DNA from: Octopus vulgaris
Lineage: Eukaryota
Length of the DNA: 64,000 nucleotides
Direction: 5' to 3'
NCBI GenBank assembly: GCA_951406725.2
Contig: OX597817.1
Location: forward strand, 78,368,001-78,432,000
The position numbers were made by a program, and so were the translations under genes. The notes beneath the pieces were generated by a model. The model was not told where the DNA came from and did no database searches. It worked only from the letters and a program-made list of their open reading frames with translations. Positions 12,880 to 25,852 of the stretch are shown here, in pieces (the first letter of the stretch is position 1; each line of letters opens with the position of its first letter).

Positions 12880-14330
12880 ATAATGAGTAGTGAAAATATT
12901 CTAATTAGAACCATTTTACATTACCTGTGGAGAAAAGAACTGAGTACCAGGGCAGTATCAAGAGGAATTAATTACGTGGAGGGCCCAGGAACTGTCAACA
13001 AATAAGGGGTACAGAACTGGTTCGAACATTTCAAAACAGATGACACCAGCCTCAAAGACAAACCAAAGTTAAGAAGATTGTCTGTTGTAGAAGATGAGGC
13101 CTTACTTGAAATGGTTGAACAAAAGTCAAACACATGTAATTGCACATTGACAGTAAAACTTGGTCCTTCTCAAAGAACTGTCAGTTGATAACTCCATAAG
13201 CTCGGCCTTGTGAACAGATGCTATCAAGAAGTTCTTCATGATCTGACTGATTACAAGGTTCAATGACATGTAAATATTTGCAAACAACTGCTGGCATATC
13301 TTTGAGATGCCAGTTTTTGGTGTTGAGTTGTGGCTGCTGATGTAAAATGGATCTATTTTCCTTTTGTTTCTTCTCGAGCCATGCCTGGCTCATAAGAGCT
13401 GGTTTCTCAGTTTCCTTGGCATATAGGTTCCCCACCTGGATGGGACGCCGGTCTGTTGCAGGTGAGCTGCAAGATGCAGGAGGAAAGCGTGAGAGAAAGT
13501 TGTGGCGAAAGAGTCAGCAGAAGATCACCATTACCTTCTATCAGAGCCGCATGGAACTTAGGTGTTTCGCTGATAAACACACACATCACCCGGTCTGAGA
13601 TTCGAACTCAGGATCCCTCCACCGTGAGTCCACTGCTCTAACCACTAGGCCATGTGCCTCCATGATCTATTTTCATAATGCTAATCAGAGAAATTAGGGG
13701 CTTTGTTCTGGTCAGGCTTCAGAACCTGTTGTCAAATAAAACGTCATGTTGTGTATTTGGTGGAATTTCAAGGAGTAGCTGCATGTTGAGCTTGCCCCTA
13801 ATGGTCATGCTGTTCTCAGTCACATGGTTCTGGGTTCAGTCCTCCCACTGCATGGCACCTTGGGCAAGTATCTTCTCTTATGCTCAACCACCGCAGCAAG
13901 TATATAATATTTTGAAAGCCCACTACTCAGCATTTTTCAATCAAAGACACACACTGCTACATCATGGCATTGCCCTTGCCCCTCACTGCGAATGTGACCT
14001 AGTGCAAAAGTGAGGGGTGGAGCTAGAAGTGCTGCTTTATCCTGCTTACAATCCAGACTTTGCACCATTAGATTACCATCTTTTCTGAGCCATGCCTTGT
14101 TTCCTGTATGGATAGGGGTTCAACAATGTAGATGGGAGTTGAAAATGGGTGCTGGCAGTTTTCTTGTCTCTAAACCAACCAAATGGCACAAGCGAGGAAT
14201 TGAGCTCTTGGCACAATGGTGGCAAGAGACAATAAAAAGGATGGGGTATGTCTTGATGATTAAACACTTTTCATATGTAATTTGCTTGGACTGTTAATTA
14301 AAACTGGAAATACAAACATAACCTGGTACA
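12880..14330 (+). pseudogene. Mariner transposase pseudogene interrupted by two insertions
   Basis: Reads MSSENILIRTILHYLW...VQNWFEHFKTDDTSLKDKP (HTH), then ADVKWIYF (TGDEKW motif) and YNPDFAPLDYHLF (YSPDLAPSDY motif). Contains stops and frameshifts. Confidence 0.9.
13361..13663 (-). mobile_element. tRNA-derived SINE with V-domain-like body and 11-bp TSD
   Basis: Minus strand begins tggaggcacatggcctagtggttagagc...gagttcgaatc (A and B boxes) and contains cgtcccatccaggtggg. It is flanked by GATCTATTTTC at 13350-13360 and 13664-13674. Confidence 0.85.
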
Positions 14331-14469
14331 CGCTGCATGTATGTATACATATATAGATACATACATATATTTATATTCAAGCACACATGCACACACATTC
14401 ATACATAAATATGTTTGTGAGTTTGTGTTTGCATGTGTGTATGTGTGTGCGTATATATATATATATATA

Positions 14470-14827
14470 TTATATTATATAAAATCCATTCTGCCTGTCT
14501 GTATGTGTGTGTCTTGTAGGATCTCGGGCATCCTCCATCCAATTGTGCTCAAATTTGATATGTAGATACCGACGGTATCAGGACATGTATAAGTCTTGAA
14601 AAAATTACTAAAATCGATTCCAGGTGAGAATGCGATCAATAAAGTGAATAAAATTGTTTTTCTTTGGAATGGGAAAAAGTCTATCTTTATTTTTTCTTTT
14701 GCTGATGCCTCAAATTTAGATTAAATCAGTGTTTCTCAAAGGGGAGGCCTATGGGACGGTCAGAATAAATTTGGTTTAAATGTTTGACTACTCAGCACTG
14801 TCCATTGGACGGGAGCGTTTTGCTCAT
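14470..14827 (+). mobile_element. Non-autonomous Helitron-like element (degenerate 3' end)
   Basis: 5' tatataaaatc...tgtctgt and ccaattgtgctcaaatttg. 3' hairpin gtccattggac is followed by ttttgctca in place of CTAG. Confidence 0.55.
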
Positions 14828-15491
14828 ATATATATATATATATATTAGATGATATACACACAAAGGAAATACAGAGAAACAGCTTACACAATGAAAGGTG
14901 TAGATATATCATCATCACCTGTTACAAAAGCAAAAAAAACATACAAGCCATGCATGCAAATAGAAACTTAAAAAGAGCATTTCTTTGAGCCCTTTTGATA
15001 CCAACGTCCTTGGTTATATAATCCTTTTCACAATAGGCACAAGGCCTGAAAATTTGGAGGAAAGAGGTAACTGATTACATCAACCCCATGCTTCAACTGA
15101 TACTTATTTCACCAAGCGTGAAAGGATAAGTTGACCTCGGCACTTTGTCTAGTATGTTACAGATTCTGCTAGCTCACCTGGTGATATGATATGATATGAA
15201 ATTGTGTTGAAGCAATCTAAATTTAAACCCTGTAACAAGAGTTCTTCTAATTTATGTTCCAAAACAACAGTTTAAACTGCTTACTTGGTTTTATAGTAAA
15301 AACCTCTTGTTTTAAAGTGTTCTAGATTAAAATTTCCAATTAAAATTTCAGGTTAATTTATGTTTGTTCCAAACATCAACTTAATCATGCTGATGATATT
15401 TTGCTATAGTCTTCATTAGGTTCATAATTAATTACAAAAGCAAAAATTGTATTTTCAATAGAAATATGGCCAGAAATGACTTATCAATACC

Positions 15492-15660
15492 AGGCATAGC
15501 TGTGCGGTAAAAAGCTTGTTTCTCAGTCACATGGTTCTGAGTTCAGTCCTCCCACTGCATGGCACCTTGAGCAAGTATCTTCTCTTATAGCTTCAGGCTG
15601 ACTAAAGCCTTGTGACTAGATTTAGTAGATGGAAACTGAAAGAAGCCTGTCATGTATATG
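15492..15660 (+). mobile_element. Family B SINE, 5' half (tRNA head plus CORE-like motif)
   Basis: gctgtgcggtaaaaagcttg...gagttcagtcctcccactgcatggcaccttgagcaagt. Confidence 0.85.
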
Positions 15661-15864
15661 TGTGTGCATGCGTGTGTGTGTATGCATGTGTGTGTAGGTC
15701 TATTTATATGTATCTAACTCCTGGACCAATGGTTTCAGACTGTTTTTAGCAAATAAAATAATTTGCTAGGTGACACACTGTATTTATATATATATAGATG
15801 GTTACACATGTAATTATACATGCATACGTGTATACACACACACGCACACACAAATATAAACATA

Positions 15865-16445
15865 CGATAATGACAACAATGATGACAATGATGATGATGG
15901 TGGTGATGATGATGATGATGATGAGGAGGAGGAGTAGCTGGAGGAGAAGGGTAATGATAATAATGATGATGATGATGTTGGTGGTGGTAGTGGTTGTGGT
16001 GATATTGGTGGTAGCTGTGGTTGTAATTGTTGTGGTGTTGGTGCTGGTAGTGCTGGTGGTTGTGGGGGAAATGGTGGTGTTTGTAGTTGTTGTTGTGGTG
16101 TTGGTGGTGGTGGTTGTGAGGGTAATGGTGGTGTTTGTAGTGGTTGTTATGGTGTTGGTGGTGGTGGTAGTGGTGGTGGTGGTGGTTGTGGTGATATTAG
16201 TGGTAGCTGTGGTTGTAGTTGTTGTGGTGTTGGTGTTGGTAGTGCTGGTGGTTGTGGTGGTATTGGTGGTGTTTGTAGTTGTTGTGATGTTGTTGGTGGT
16301 AGTGGTGGTGGGTTGTGGTGATGATGGTGGCTGTGGTGATTGTGAATGGTGGTGGTGTTGCTGGTGATGATGGTGGTGACGAAGACAATGATGATGATGG
16401 TAGTGATGGCAATGATGGTGATGATGCTGGTGATGATGGTGACGG
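15865..16445. repeat. (GAT/GTG/GTT)n trinucleotide low-complexity tract
   Basis: Degenerate triplet repeats. The poly-V/M ORFs are artefacts. Confidence 0.95.
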
Positions 16446-17109
16446 CATTAATTACTCAGAGTTACTCCCTAAAAATGGTATTTAGAGTAAACAAGCCACT
16501 CGATAAATGTTGTGATAACATTCACAGATGCTTCTTCGGTCAAGGGCTGTTTATTTGTCTCTCAAAATTTGGAATATACAAAATCACATAAAAAAAAATG
16601 TATCTTTTTATTTATGTTTCACTTAAATTTAAATAGTGTATATTTAGTATTAAGTTTTCTCTTGTTTGTTTGTATTAGCCCAGGATGACTGATGAGTCAA
16701 TAAGAGGGCCATCAATGCTGTCATTTGACCTAGAAGAGGAAAGCAGGCAAATTTGCCTCAAATCACACCTTATCACCATTTTAAAACATGCAACTACACT
16801 TTGGTTGAGTTTAGATGGTCGTGGCTGTGTGGTAAGAAGCTTGCTTATGAACTACGTGGTTCCAGGTTCAGTCCTACTGCATGGCACCTTGGACAAGTGT
16901 TTTCTATTATAGTCTTGGGCCAGTGTTTTCTACTATAGCCTTGGGCCAATCAAAGCCTTGTAGAAAGATGTAGAAAGATATTACTACTTTTTAGCTCAAG
17001 GAAAACATCTTTTTGAGCTGGCTACTGACACATGATCTCTGTATGTATACTATGAACAAGGCAGTCAACTGCTCTCTTTCTAGCCATAGTGATACCTGTG
17101 TCACTTTAA

Positions 17110-17555
17110 AGCTATATACTGCGAGCAAGAGCGAATGACTGCTGTCTCTAGCCAACGGTTGTCCTTTACCGATGAAGGGAAATTAACCAGAAACCATTGG
17201 TCTAGAGGTATTGCTAAGGCTAGAAAGGAGGAAGTAGACTTTCTTGGTCACAATATACAGACACAGAGCATGTGCCAGTAGCCAGTTGGAAAATGTGTTT
17301 TCTTGGGACTAAAAAGTAGTTACATCATCCTACGTAGGACTACCAAGTTGCATTTTACTGTACAGTGCTGTTTCTCCATATTTCTTGCTCAGATATTTGA
17401 AACTAGTCATTTTTCTCTTTATGAGATCAGCAACTGTGTGTAGCTTTCAAAGTATATACTGTGAGCAAGAATGAGTAGCTGCTATCTCTAGCTGGCAGTT
17501 GTCCTGTACCAATGAAGGGAAATTACCCAGAGAGCATTGGTGTACAAGTATTGCT
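17110..17555 (+). mobile_element. Two direct ~105-bp repeats each carrying a hammerhead-like motif (probable Penelope pLTR remnants)
   Basis: 17113-17217 and 17453-17557 are homologous. Copy 1 folds as ccttta-CCGATGA-a-gg..cc-a-GAAAC-cattg-GTC-tagagg. Confidence 0.55.
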
Positions 17556-17731
17556 ACTGCAATTTTATTATTACCTGAAGAGATACACCAGCACCCATAA
17601 ATACTCCTAAACCAGTTGTTAAGTATCCCACCCATGAGCTATCAAGCCTAAATGGGCTGAAACAATTGTAGTGATTAATAAATATTCTCATATCTTCCAT
17701 CTCTCTCCTTAATCAAATATACATATATATA

Positions 17732-18608
17732 TCTACTACATATGTGGGAAATTTGTAGAGTTGTTAGCTAACACCTCCTACATCATTTCATCGATATTGA
17801 TGAAAAGTGACACATGAGTAGAACTCATGTCTGGAAACCTCATGGCATTCTCAGATGGTTAAAAAAATTGATAATAGGGCCCTTGGAAAGGATCCTTATA
17901 CATATATATCTAATATATATTATTTTAAACATCCAAGGGAAATAACCCATTTGTCTCTGGAAGGGATCCTTATATATAGCCAAGGGAAATAACTCATTCA
18001 TTTTCCTAAATTGTTTGGTAAAAATGAAATTGAGTATGCTTATTTCTTAGTATTTGAACTATTAGAGTTATTTTCGCAATTTATCCTGTATAACCTTTTA
18101 ACAAATAAATAGTATTTTCTGAAACAACAGATCCACTTATTTTGGTTAGTGACTTATTCCTGAATATACCAACACTAGTGTCCCTGAGGGTAATATTCTC
18201 TGGGAATGCACAAAAGCCCTTTTCAGAGTCATTTACTTTGAATTGTTGCTGATTAGATGCTTCACAATTCTAGTATACATACCTTATTAGTATTTCCTCC
18301 TATGTTCTATGTACTCTGGGAATGCATTAAAGCCCTTTTTGGGGCTACTTTACTTGAATTCTTACTATCGGGTAACTAATTTCATTTTATTACATAGCTG
18401 ACTTTACAATTTGGGTATTCATAACATATTGGGAATTCCTAAAAACAAGATCCTGTGTAAGACAGTTCATGGTTCTCTATAAATACAGAAAATCCGTTTT
18501 AAGGGCTACATACTTTGTATTGTTGTTATTGGATTGGCGAAACAATTAGGAGAACAGAACCAAGGGATAAGCCCCGCTTTCCCAGGAATTACTGGGTGTG
18601 TCAGCTAG
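17732..18608 (+). mobile_element. Non-autonomous Helitron
   Basis: 5' a|TC and 3' hairpin cccag-gaatta-ctggg followed by CTAG|t. Internal sub-repeats at 17885/17959, 17933/17980 and 18198/18314. Confidence 0.8.
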
Positions 18609-18890
18609 TCTAAATATATATATATACACATATACATATATATATAAATGTATACACATATATATATATAGGTTTTGTGATGCAAACAGGGAAAATAGAA
18701 CTCAAAACATGAGTATTTATTATATGTTATTTTTATTAATAATTGGAAGAAATTGCTGAATTACTCAAGACCCAAGAGTTGGCTGTGTTGATAAGTGGCA
18801 ACACACGAAACTCTTAACTCTTGAATCACTCTGTACTTTCTGCCAAGTATTGTTAAAGCACACAGACACACACACTCATACATATACACA

Positions 18891-18941
<51 letters not shown>

Positions 18942-19129
18942 TCATTCATATGAATATATATATACATATACATACAAATATATATTATAGACAATATATA
19001 TTGACATACATATGTGCATATGTATATGATGATGTGGATGTACATACACACACGTGTACGTGTGCGTGTGTATGTAATTCTTTGTCTCCACACATATGTT
19101 TATATGGAGATATAAAGAGATAGAGAGAT

Positions 19130-19191
<62 letters not shown>

Positions 19192-19789
19192 TAAGAGAGA
19201 AAGAGAATGAGAGATGGGCATGATGAGGTGAGGGTTGAAACAGAATGGCCATGCAAAACAAAAGGGACCAAAATACAATATATAAAAGAAGCTATTGGTT
19301 TCTTTGCAAGGGTCTGTGAAGACTCAGACCAAAAGTACATTTCTAGATATTCTTTCAGCAGTGGGGCTAGCAGAGGTGGTGAAAATAGCAGGACATAGAG
19401 GGATTAATGGTGAAGAGAGGGAGGAGCATATGTGTCAATATGACTTGTGTGGGGGTTGGTAAGGAGTGGTCTGTCATGGAGATGAGATGACATAACGACT
19501 GGGTCAAGGAACGAACTTACTGCTGATGGGAAGCAGTGGCAGTGGGGTGAGGAAACTAGCAGGGAAGAAGTGGTGGTGCTGGCAGTGGGGCAGTGAGGGT
19601 GGTGCAGGTTGGTGGTAGTGGTGATAGTGGTAGTAGTAGTAGTAGCAATAGCAGTAGCAGCAGTAGTAGTGGTGGTGGTGGTGGCGGTGGTGTTGGTGTT
19701 GTTGGTGGTGGTGGTGGTGGTGGTCTTAGAAGGGAAAATACCTTAAGGATTTATTTCACAATGTGACACATGCTGGGCTCCCTACTGCA

Positions 19790-19994
19790 GTATTTACTTC
19801 TCTTTCTCTCCCTCCTTCCTTGTATTTCCCTTGCTCTCCTTCATTCTCCCTGCTTCTTTGTCTCTATCGTTTTCACTCTCTCTTTCTCATTATGTCTCTC
19901 TCTCTCTCTATTTCTCTCTGCTGTTTATCTCTATCCCATTGCCTATTTCCCTCTCTTCTTGCTTTATTTCTCCTTCCTTGTTTCTCCTTTCTCT

Positions 19995-20037
<43 letters not shown>

Positions 20038-20221
20038 ACTCTCAACGTCCACCTTGCTTTGCAACATTCACCTCTCTGCTTGTATAGACACTCCACAGGG
20101 GTTTGTGAAAATTAGGGGTCTTCTGACCAGACAACTGAGAAGATTAACACAAACTTGGGCTGCATGAGATAAAATGATAGACCAAGGTTTTAAGAATAAC
20201 AGGGACAATGCTCTCTCTGTC

Positions 20222-20276
<55 letters not shown>

Positions 20277-21040
20277 GAGTTCATCACTTTTTCTCTCTCT
20301 ATGTTTTTCTCTTTCTATGTTTTTCTCTTTCTCTGTTTTTGTCTCCTCTCTATTACTCTCTTTCTCTCTCTCTCTGAGTTTGTCCCTTTTTCTCTCTCTG
20401 TTTCTCTTTCCCTCTCTGTTTTTTCTCGCTTTTCTCGCTCTCTCTGTTGTTTTCTCTCTCTCTCTGTTTTTTTCTCTCCTCTCTGTTCCTCTCTCTCCCT
20501 TTCTTTCTCACGCATTTTCTTTTTCCCTGTATCTTTCTCTCTCACTCAGTCTCTCTTTCTCTGCTTCTCTCACCGTTTCTGTATCTTTCTCTCTCATTCA
20601 GTCTCTCTTTCTCTGCTTCTCTCACCATTTCTGTACCTTTCACACACTTTCCCTCTTCATCTCTCTCTCTCTCTCTCTCTCCCTCTAACTTATTCTTTCA
20701 TTCTCTCCTCTTCCTGTTTCTCATTCTCTCTCTATTTCTTTTTTTCCTTCTCTGTTTCTCCATTTTATTCTCCCTACTTTTTCTTTTCCTTCTCTTACTT
20801 TTCTCTTTTCCATTCTATTCCTTCCTTTTTCAAGCCTCTTTTTCTTTTCTTTTACTTTATTTCATTCTCTTCTCTCATTCATTTATTCTCTTTCCTTCCT
20901 ATTTTCTTTCTCTTTGCCATGATATTTTGTTCTCTCTTCCTCTCACTGCTTTTTTTCTCTTTCTTCCTCTTTCCTTCTTTCTTTTTTTCTCTATTTTTTA
21001 CATTCTTTTTTGTTCCTTATTTCTCTCTATATTTTTATAT
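19790..21040. repeat. Polypyrimidine (CT/CTT)-rich low-complexity tract
   Basis: Over 1 kb of C/T-rich sequence with a short unique interruption. The S/L/F ORFs are artefacts. Confidence 0.9.
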
Positions 21041-21379
21041 TGATATATGTTAACTTATCCTCAAAGACACCTTTATATAAAGGATCATTATAGCAGTGTG
21101 AAGAGTGTTTAAATACTTGTCCTTTAATTAATCATTATGAGATTTTGAGGTAAATGCTTTCAACTAAGATACTAGTTAGGGTTTTAGAGGTAGTGTTATT
21201 ATAATTAAACATAGCATAAGAAATTGTGGGACAAAGAATCAGTTCCCACCTTACCATCATTATTTTAATGTTCACTTTTCCATGCTTGCATGGGTTGGAT
21301 GGACTGGATGCCCTTCCTGTCATCAATCCTCACCTGTTTCCAAAAAGTATTTAAATTTAGGGTAACATCCAAAAGGGTT

Positions 21380-22230
21380 CGATAAGATTTGAGTCCCCAG
21401 TAATGAGTAATTTATAATTTTAGAAAAAATATAAGTCCAAAGTTTTCATAGATGTATCAGTTATTTGTGGATTGCAGTTTCTGGATTGTAGTATCAGATG
21501 ATCATCATCCCCATCAATTCTTGTGAAGTAATTTCTTAAGTTATGTACCAGATAAGATAACAAATGATGACGTAACTAAACTCCAGTGAGTCATTTGTCT
21601 CCATCTTGACATCATAAAAGTGTCGATAATTTGACTAATCCAAACATAGTTATCATAGTAGACTTAATGTTTTTTAGTACATGAAGAACAATATCTATTT
21701 CTATCAATGAAGGCTGCAATTTTCCTTTCAAAGCTGATTGCTTTCTTGATGGTGGTTTTGGTTATGGAAGCCTTATAATTTTTCATATCAAACTGCTGGA
21801 ATCTAGTAGAGTTCTTATTTCATATGGACATGGAATATTTTATCGTGCTAAAGCAGTTTTTCCATAAAGGCATAGGTAAAACATGTCTCAATTTGAATCT
21901 GATTTTATCTTGAATGTTCTTGCCAATAATACCAAGGTTAGATTTTAATGTATTTTATATAAGTTCAGTTTGTGGTTTTTGTGTGCAAAAGAAAAAGATA
22001 TAGGTAAGATATAGGAGATCTATGTCAATATGGGCATTCAAAGTTTGTTTTTGTATTGTTATATTTGCTGGAGTTTCCACTGCAAGCAAAATTATGGTAT
22101 GTGTTCTGGCCAATTCCATGCAAAATTTATCTTAATTCACAATTTCCTTGAATTTGGAGTCTAGTGATTTATAGACATTTTTGTAGATCCTGTAAAATTG
22201 CTTTGTGGTGAACCTTTAAACTTAAATCCA
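21380..22230 (-). pseudogene. Penelope-like element (Naiad-type) reverse transcriptase fossil
   Basis: Minus-strand translation across stops: LKSNLGIIGKNIQDKI...LWKN...RFQQFDMKNYKASITKTTIKKAISF...FYDVKMETNDSLE...GDDD. This aligns by eye with KSEIGKISKxILD / QWKN / FIQFDIxxFYPSI / FDVTMGSxDGAE / YRDD. Confidence 0.7.
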
Positions 22231-22236
22231 TTTAGA

Positions 22237-22444
22237 CTCTCTCTTATACTTGTTTCAGTCATTTGACTGTGGGCATGCTGGAGCACCGCCTTTAGTCGAG
22301 CAAATCGACCCCAGGACTTATTCCTTGTAAGCCTAGTACTTACTCTATCAGTCTCTTTTGCTGAACCTCTAAGTTACAGGGTCGCAAACACACAAGCATC
22401 GATTGTCAAAGGATGTTGGGGGGACAAATTAAGCACACAAACAT

Positions 22445-22481
<37 letters not shown>

Positions 22482-22640
22482 CGACAGGCTTCTTTCAGTT
22501 CCTGTCTACCAAATCCACTCACAAGGCTTTGGTCGGCCCGAGGCTATAGTAGAAGACACTAGCCCAAGGTGCCACACAGTGGGACTGAACCTAGAACCAT
22601 GTGGTTTGTAAGCAAGCTACTTACCACACAGCCACTCCTC
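22237..22640 (-). mobile_element. Full-length family B SINE
   Basis: Head ggagtggctgtgtggtaagtagcttgc...ggttcagtccc, CORE-like ggcaccttggg, internal (TA)(TG) tract and 3' gactgaaacaagt. Confidence 0.9.
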
Positions 22641-22889
22641 AAATCCTTTTGATGAAATCATCTGTTTCTTGTATCAGGTATTTAAGAGAGTCTTCTGGAA
22701 AGATGGGTATATTTTATGTAAATATATCAATTTTTATTTTAATCTTCCTGCTTCTGGGATAGTTAAGGGGTTCAACAGATTATTTTAGTATGCATCACTT
22801 AAAAAAATATGACTAACCTTTTAGTTATGTTTGTTTTCTCCTCAAGACTTAAAAAATATTTTAACCTTTAACAACTATTCATGCTTTAG

Positions 22890-23320
22890 AAAGTGCTATT
22901 CTGTCTCACAATGGAGTGGTGCTCTTTAACTAGGACAGTGCTACTATTACTGCTGATATGGCTGCTACTACTGCCACTAATCCTGGATAGAATCCAGAGA
23001 AGGGCCATCTGACTGATTTGCATTCAATCTCTAACAGGTATTCTTCATAGGTGTGCTCCCTACTTTATCTTCACCTTTTGCCCACAAGTGTGCTGTCTTT
23101 GCTTTATGATGTTTCTATCACTATTTTAATTGCTGCTGTTCATCAGAGATAGCTGGCCTTGTACCCCTTTCACTCTAGCAACCTGACTACTCCCCTCAAC
23201 CTCTTGCACCCTTGTTTCGTCTTTTCTTCTCCCCATCAGTGCACTAACCTCTATGTCCGGTCCTTACTTCCCTATGACATCAACCTTTAGGAATTGTCCT
23301 CCTGCTTATGTCTTACATGA
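22890..23320 (+). pseudogene. CR1/L2/Jockey-group LINE ORF2 3' fossil
   Basis: ctggatagaatccagagaagggccatc = LDRIQRRAI. ttctatcactattttaattgctgctgttcatcagag = FYHYFNCCCSSE. Both are typical of the post-RT region. Confidence 0.6.
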
Positions 23321-25209
23321 AGGTATTGACTTTCAACAGTTCTAAAGCAACATTAATACCTTCAAGTTCACCAGTTTTGGAGAGGTTACAAAGATCACGG
23401 GTTATCTTTCTTCCTTCAAATCCAGCTGGTAAAAGAAAAGAAAATGTCCTTGGTACTATGATTTTACAATTTAAAAATATCTGGATAAACAATATCCAGA
23501 TCAGAGGAAGATTAAGAAAAATTACTATTACTTGGAATTGAAAATTAAAAGTATTAGCTGTGAGATAGAAAGAGGTTGTGAAATGGTAGCAATGTAGATA
23601 AGATGAAGAGAGGAAAAGAAGGCATTGAAAATAAACATAAATATAATAAATGCAGGAAGTTGGTTGTTTTGACCCTGAACTGCAGCATCCATCCTTTGGT
23701 CTGTTGGCAGTGGTGGCCAAATTACTGCCCATTTTTTCTTGGTTTCCATCTCTCTCTCTCTCTCTCTCTTTATCCATAACCAATTCTGCACACAGCTGCC
23801 CCCACCTCACTTTATACACACACACACACATGTGCATATATAAATTTTAACAAAATTTTATATGAACATCCAAGGGCCATGTGGACCCTAGTTCAGAACC
23901 ATTGGTCAACATCATTGGATACAAACACAGTTGTAGATGTTACAACAGAGTTTTTCTTCTCCTATAGAAATATCTACATGAAGACTAAGAGTCCTTCACT
24001 ACCAGTTGCTGGAAGGCTGTTAGCTCAATGTTGAATTAAAGGAATATATCGAAAGAGCAAAGCAACATTTTTGTAACAGAATACAACCTTTTAGTTTGCT
24101 CAAATTCATACCCAAAGTTTGGATTGTTCTGAGGAAGGGTCAACAAGAACTTCCATTAAACACTGGACTCCAAATTCATGGCAGTCATGAGTTAAGACAA
24201 ATTTTGTTTATTTAATTTGATGCTACAACAAAATCCTACTTACCCAAGATGCCATAGCATAGGATTGAGCTTAAGACCTCCTTATTTAGAAGCACAATTC
24301 TTAACCATTTGTCCATGCTGTGCCCAATAATATACTGTGTATATGGACACACTGACACACTGACACAAACATGCACACGTCCAGACACATGCACATATAC
24401 ATCCAGATACATATACCCACACACTGACATATATGCACATACACATACATACACCCACACACTGACATATATGCACATACACATACATACATACACAAAT
24501 GCATTCATTTTACACACACATGAACATATACATGCATTCATTTTACACACTCACAGGCACATACACATATGCATACAGACATGCACAGATGTATTCATTT
24601 TACACATGCACACAAACGCATACACACATACTCACATGAATACATATATATCAATTTACGCCTATGGTTGCTTGCATTGCAAGCACTGGAGCATGTTTTA
24701 CTATAATGTTATGTTGGTTATTACTTAATTAGGTATGAAAGTGTCTTACATACTAGAAAGTTATGTTAATGCACATGAGCAAATAGAATAATGTCTCGTT
24801 GTCTTGTCTGAAAATGGGTGGTAGAAATGCCACCCTAATCCTATACAAGCTTTAAACAACAAATTTTGTTATTATTAATGTTTTTTGTGCTTTTTTTATT
24901 TTTACATGTGGGAATAATAAAGCATTAAAAATGTAAAAATCTTCAAGGGTTACTTTGTGGTAGAGTTTAATCTGTAATCTGGTTTAACACAACTAGCTCA
25001 TCCCTTATTTTTGCATTTAGCTGATTCTGTAGTGTTAGAAGCATTGTGACCAAGTATCAGGTTGAAGAATAAATAACATAATGTCTGGATTGTGCTATTA
25101 CTTATTATCACCATTCACCCACAATTTGTGGTTCCTTACATTCCTTTCCTTCAAACATTCTTTGAGATTCTGCATGAATAAAATCATTGGTATCACTTTT
25201 CAACATTCT

Positions 25210-25430
25210 TTTATTCTTTTACATGTTTCAGTCATTTGACTGCAGCCATGTTGGAGCACCACCTTTAGTTGAGTGAAATTGACCCCAGGCCTAATTCTTT
25301 GTAAGCCTAGTACTTATTCTATTGGTCTCTTTTGCTGAACTGCTAAGTTACAGGGACATAAACACACCAGCATCAGTTGTCAGGCGATGTTGGGGGGGGG
25401 GGGGGGCAAACACAGACACACAACATATAT

Positions 25431-25465
<35 letters not shown>

Positions 25466-25628
25466 CATATACACGATGGGCTTCTTTTAGTTTCCATCTA
25501 CCAAATCCACTCACAAGGCTTTGGTTGGTCTGAGGCTATAGTAGAAGACACTTGCCCGAGGTGGGACTGAACTCAGAACCATGTGGTTGGTAAGCAAGCT
25601 ACTTACCACACAGCCACTCCTGCACCCA
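25210..25628 (-). mobile_element. Family B SINE
   Basis: Near full-length homologue of 22237-22640. Confidence 0.9.
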
Positions 25629-25632
25629 TTGA

Positions 25633-25852
25633 TTAACATTTTAGCATTCATACTACTCTGTCAAATGTAATATTTATTTCTTCACATTGTTTCAAATTAA
25701 TCGAGCATTATATCCTTGCTTTGAGATTTGAATGATGAGATTGTTTATTTTCAGAATTACATTATAGGGTAGGTGTGAGAGTCTAGATCTGGCTAGTTTG
25801 AACATACAACAGGTAGGATATTTGGGTCAGTTATGACTGGTTTAAATGGTAA
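25633..25852. mobile_element. Degenerate TTAA-type (piggyBac-like) MITE
   Basis: Ends ttaacattttagcatt... and ...tttaaatggtaaatggtaaa resemble decayed TTAA-CCCTTTAGCATT TIRs. Confidence 0.45.
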
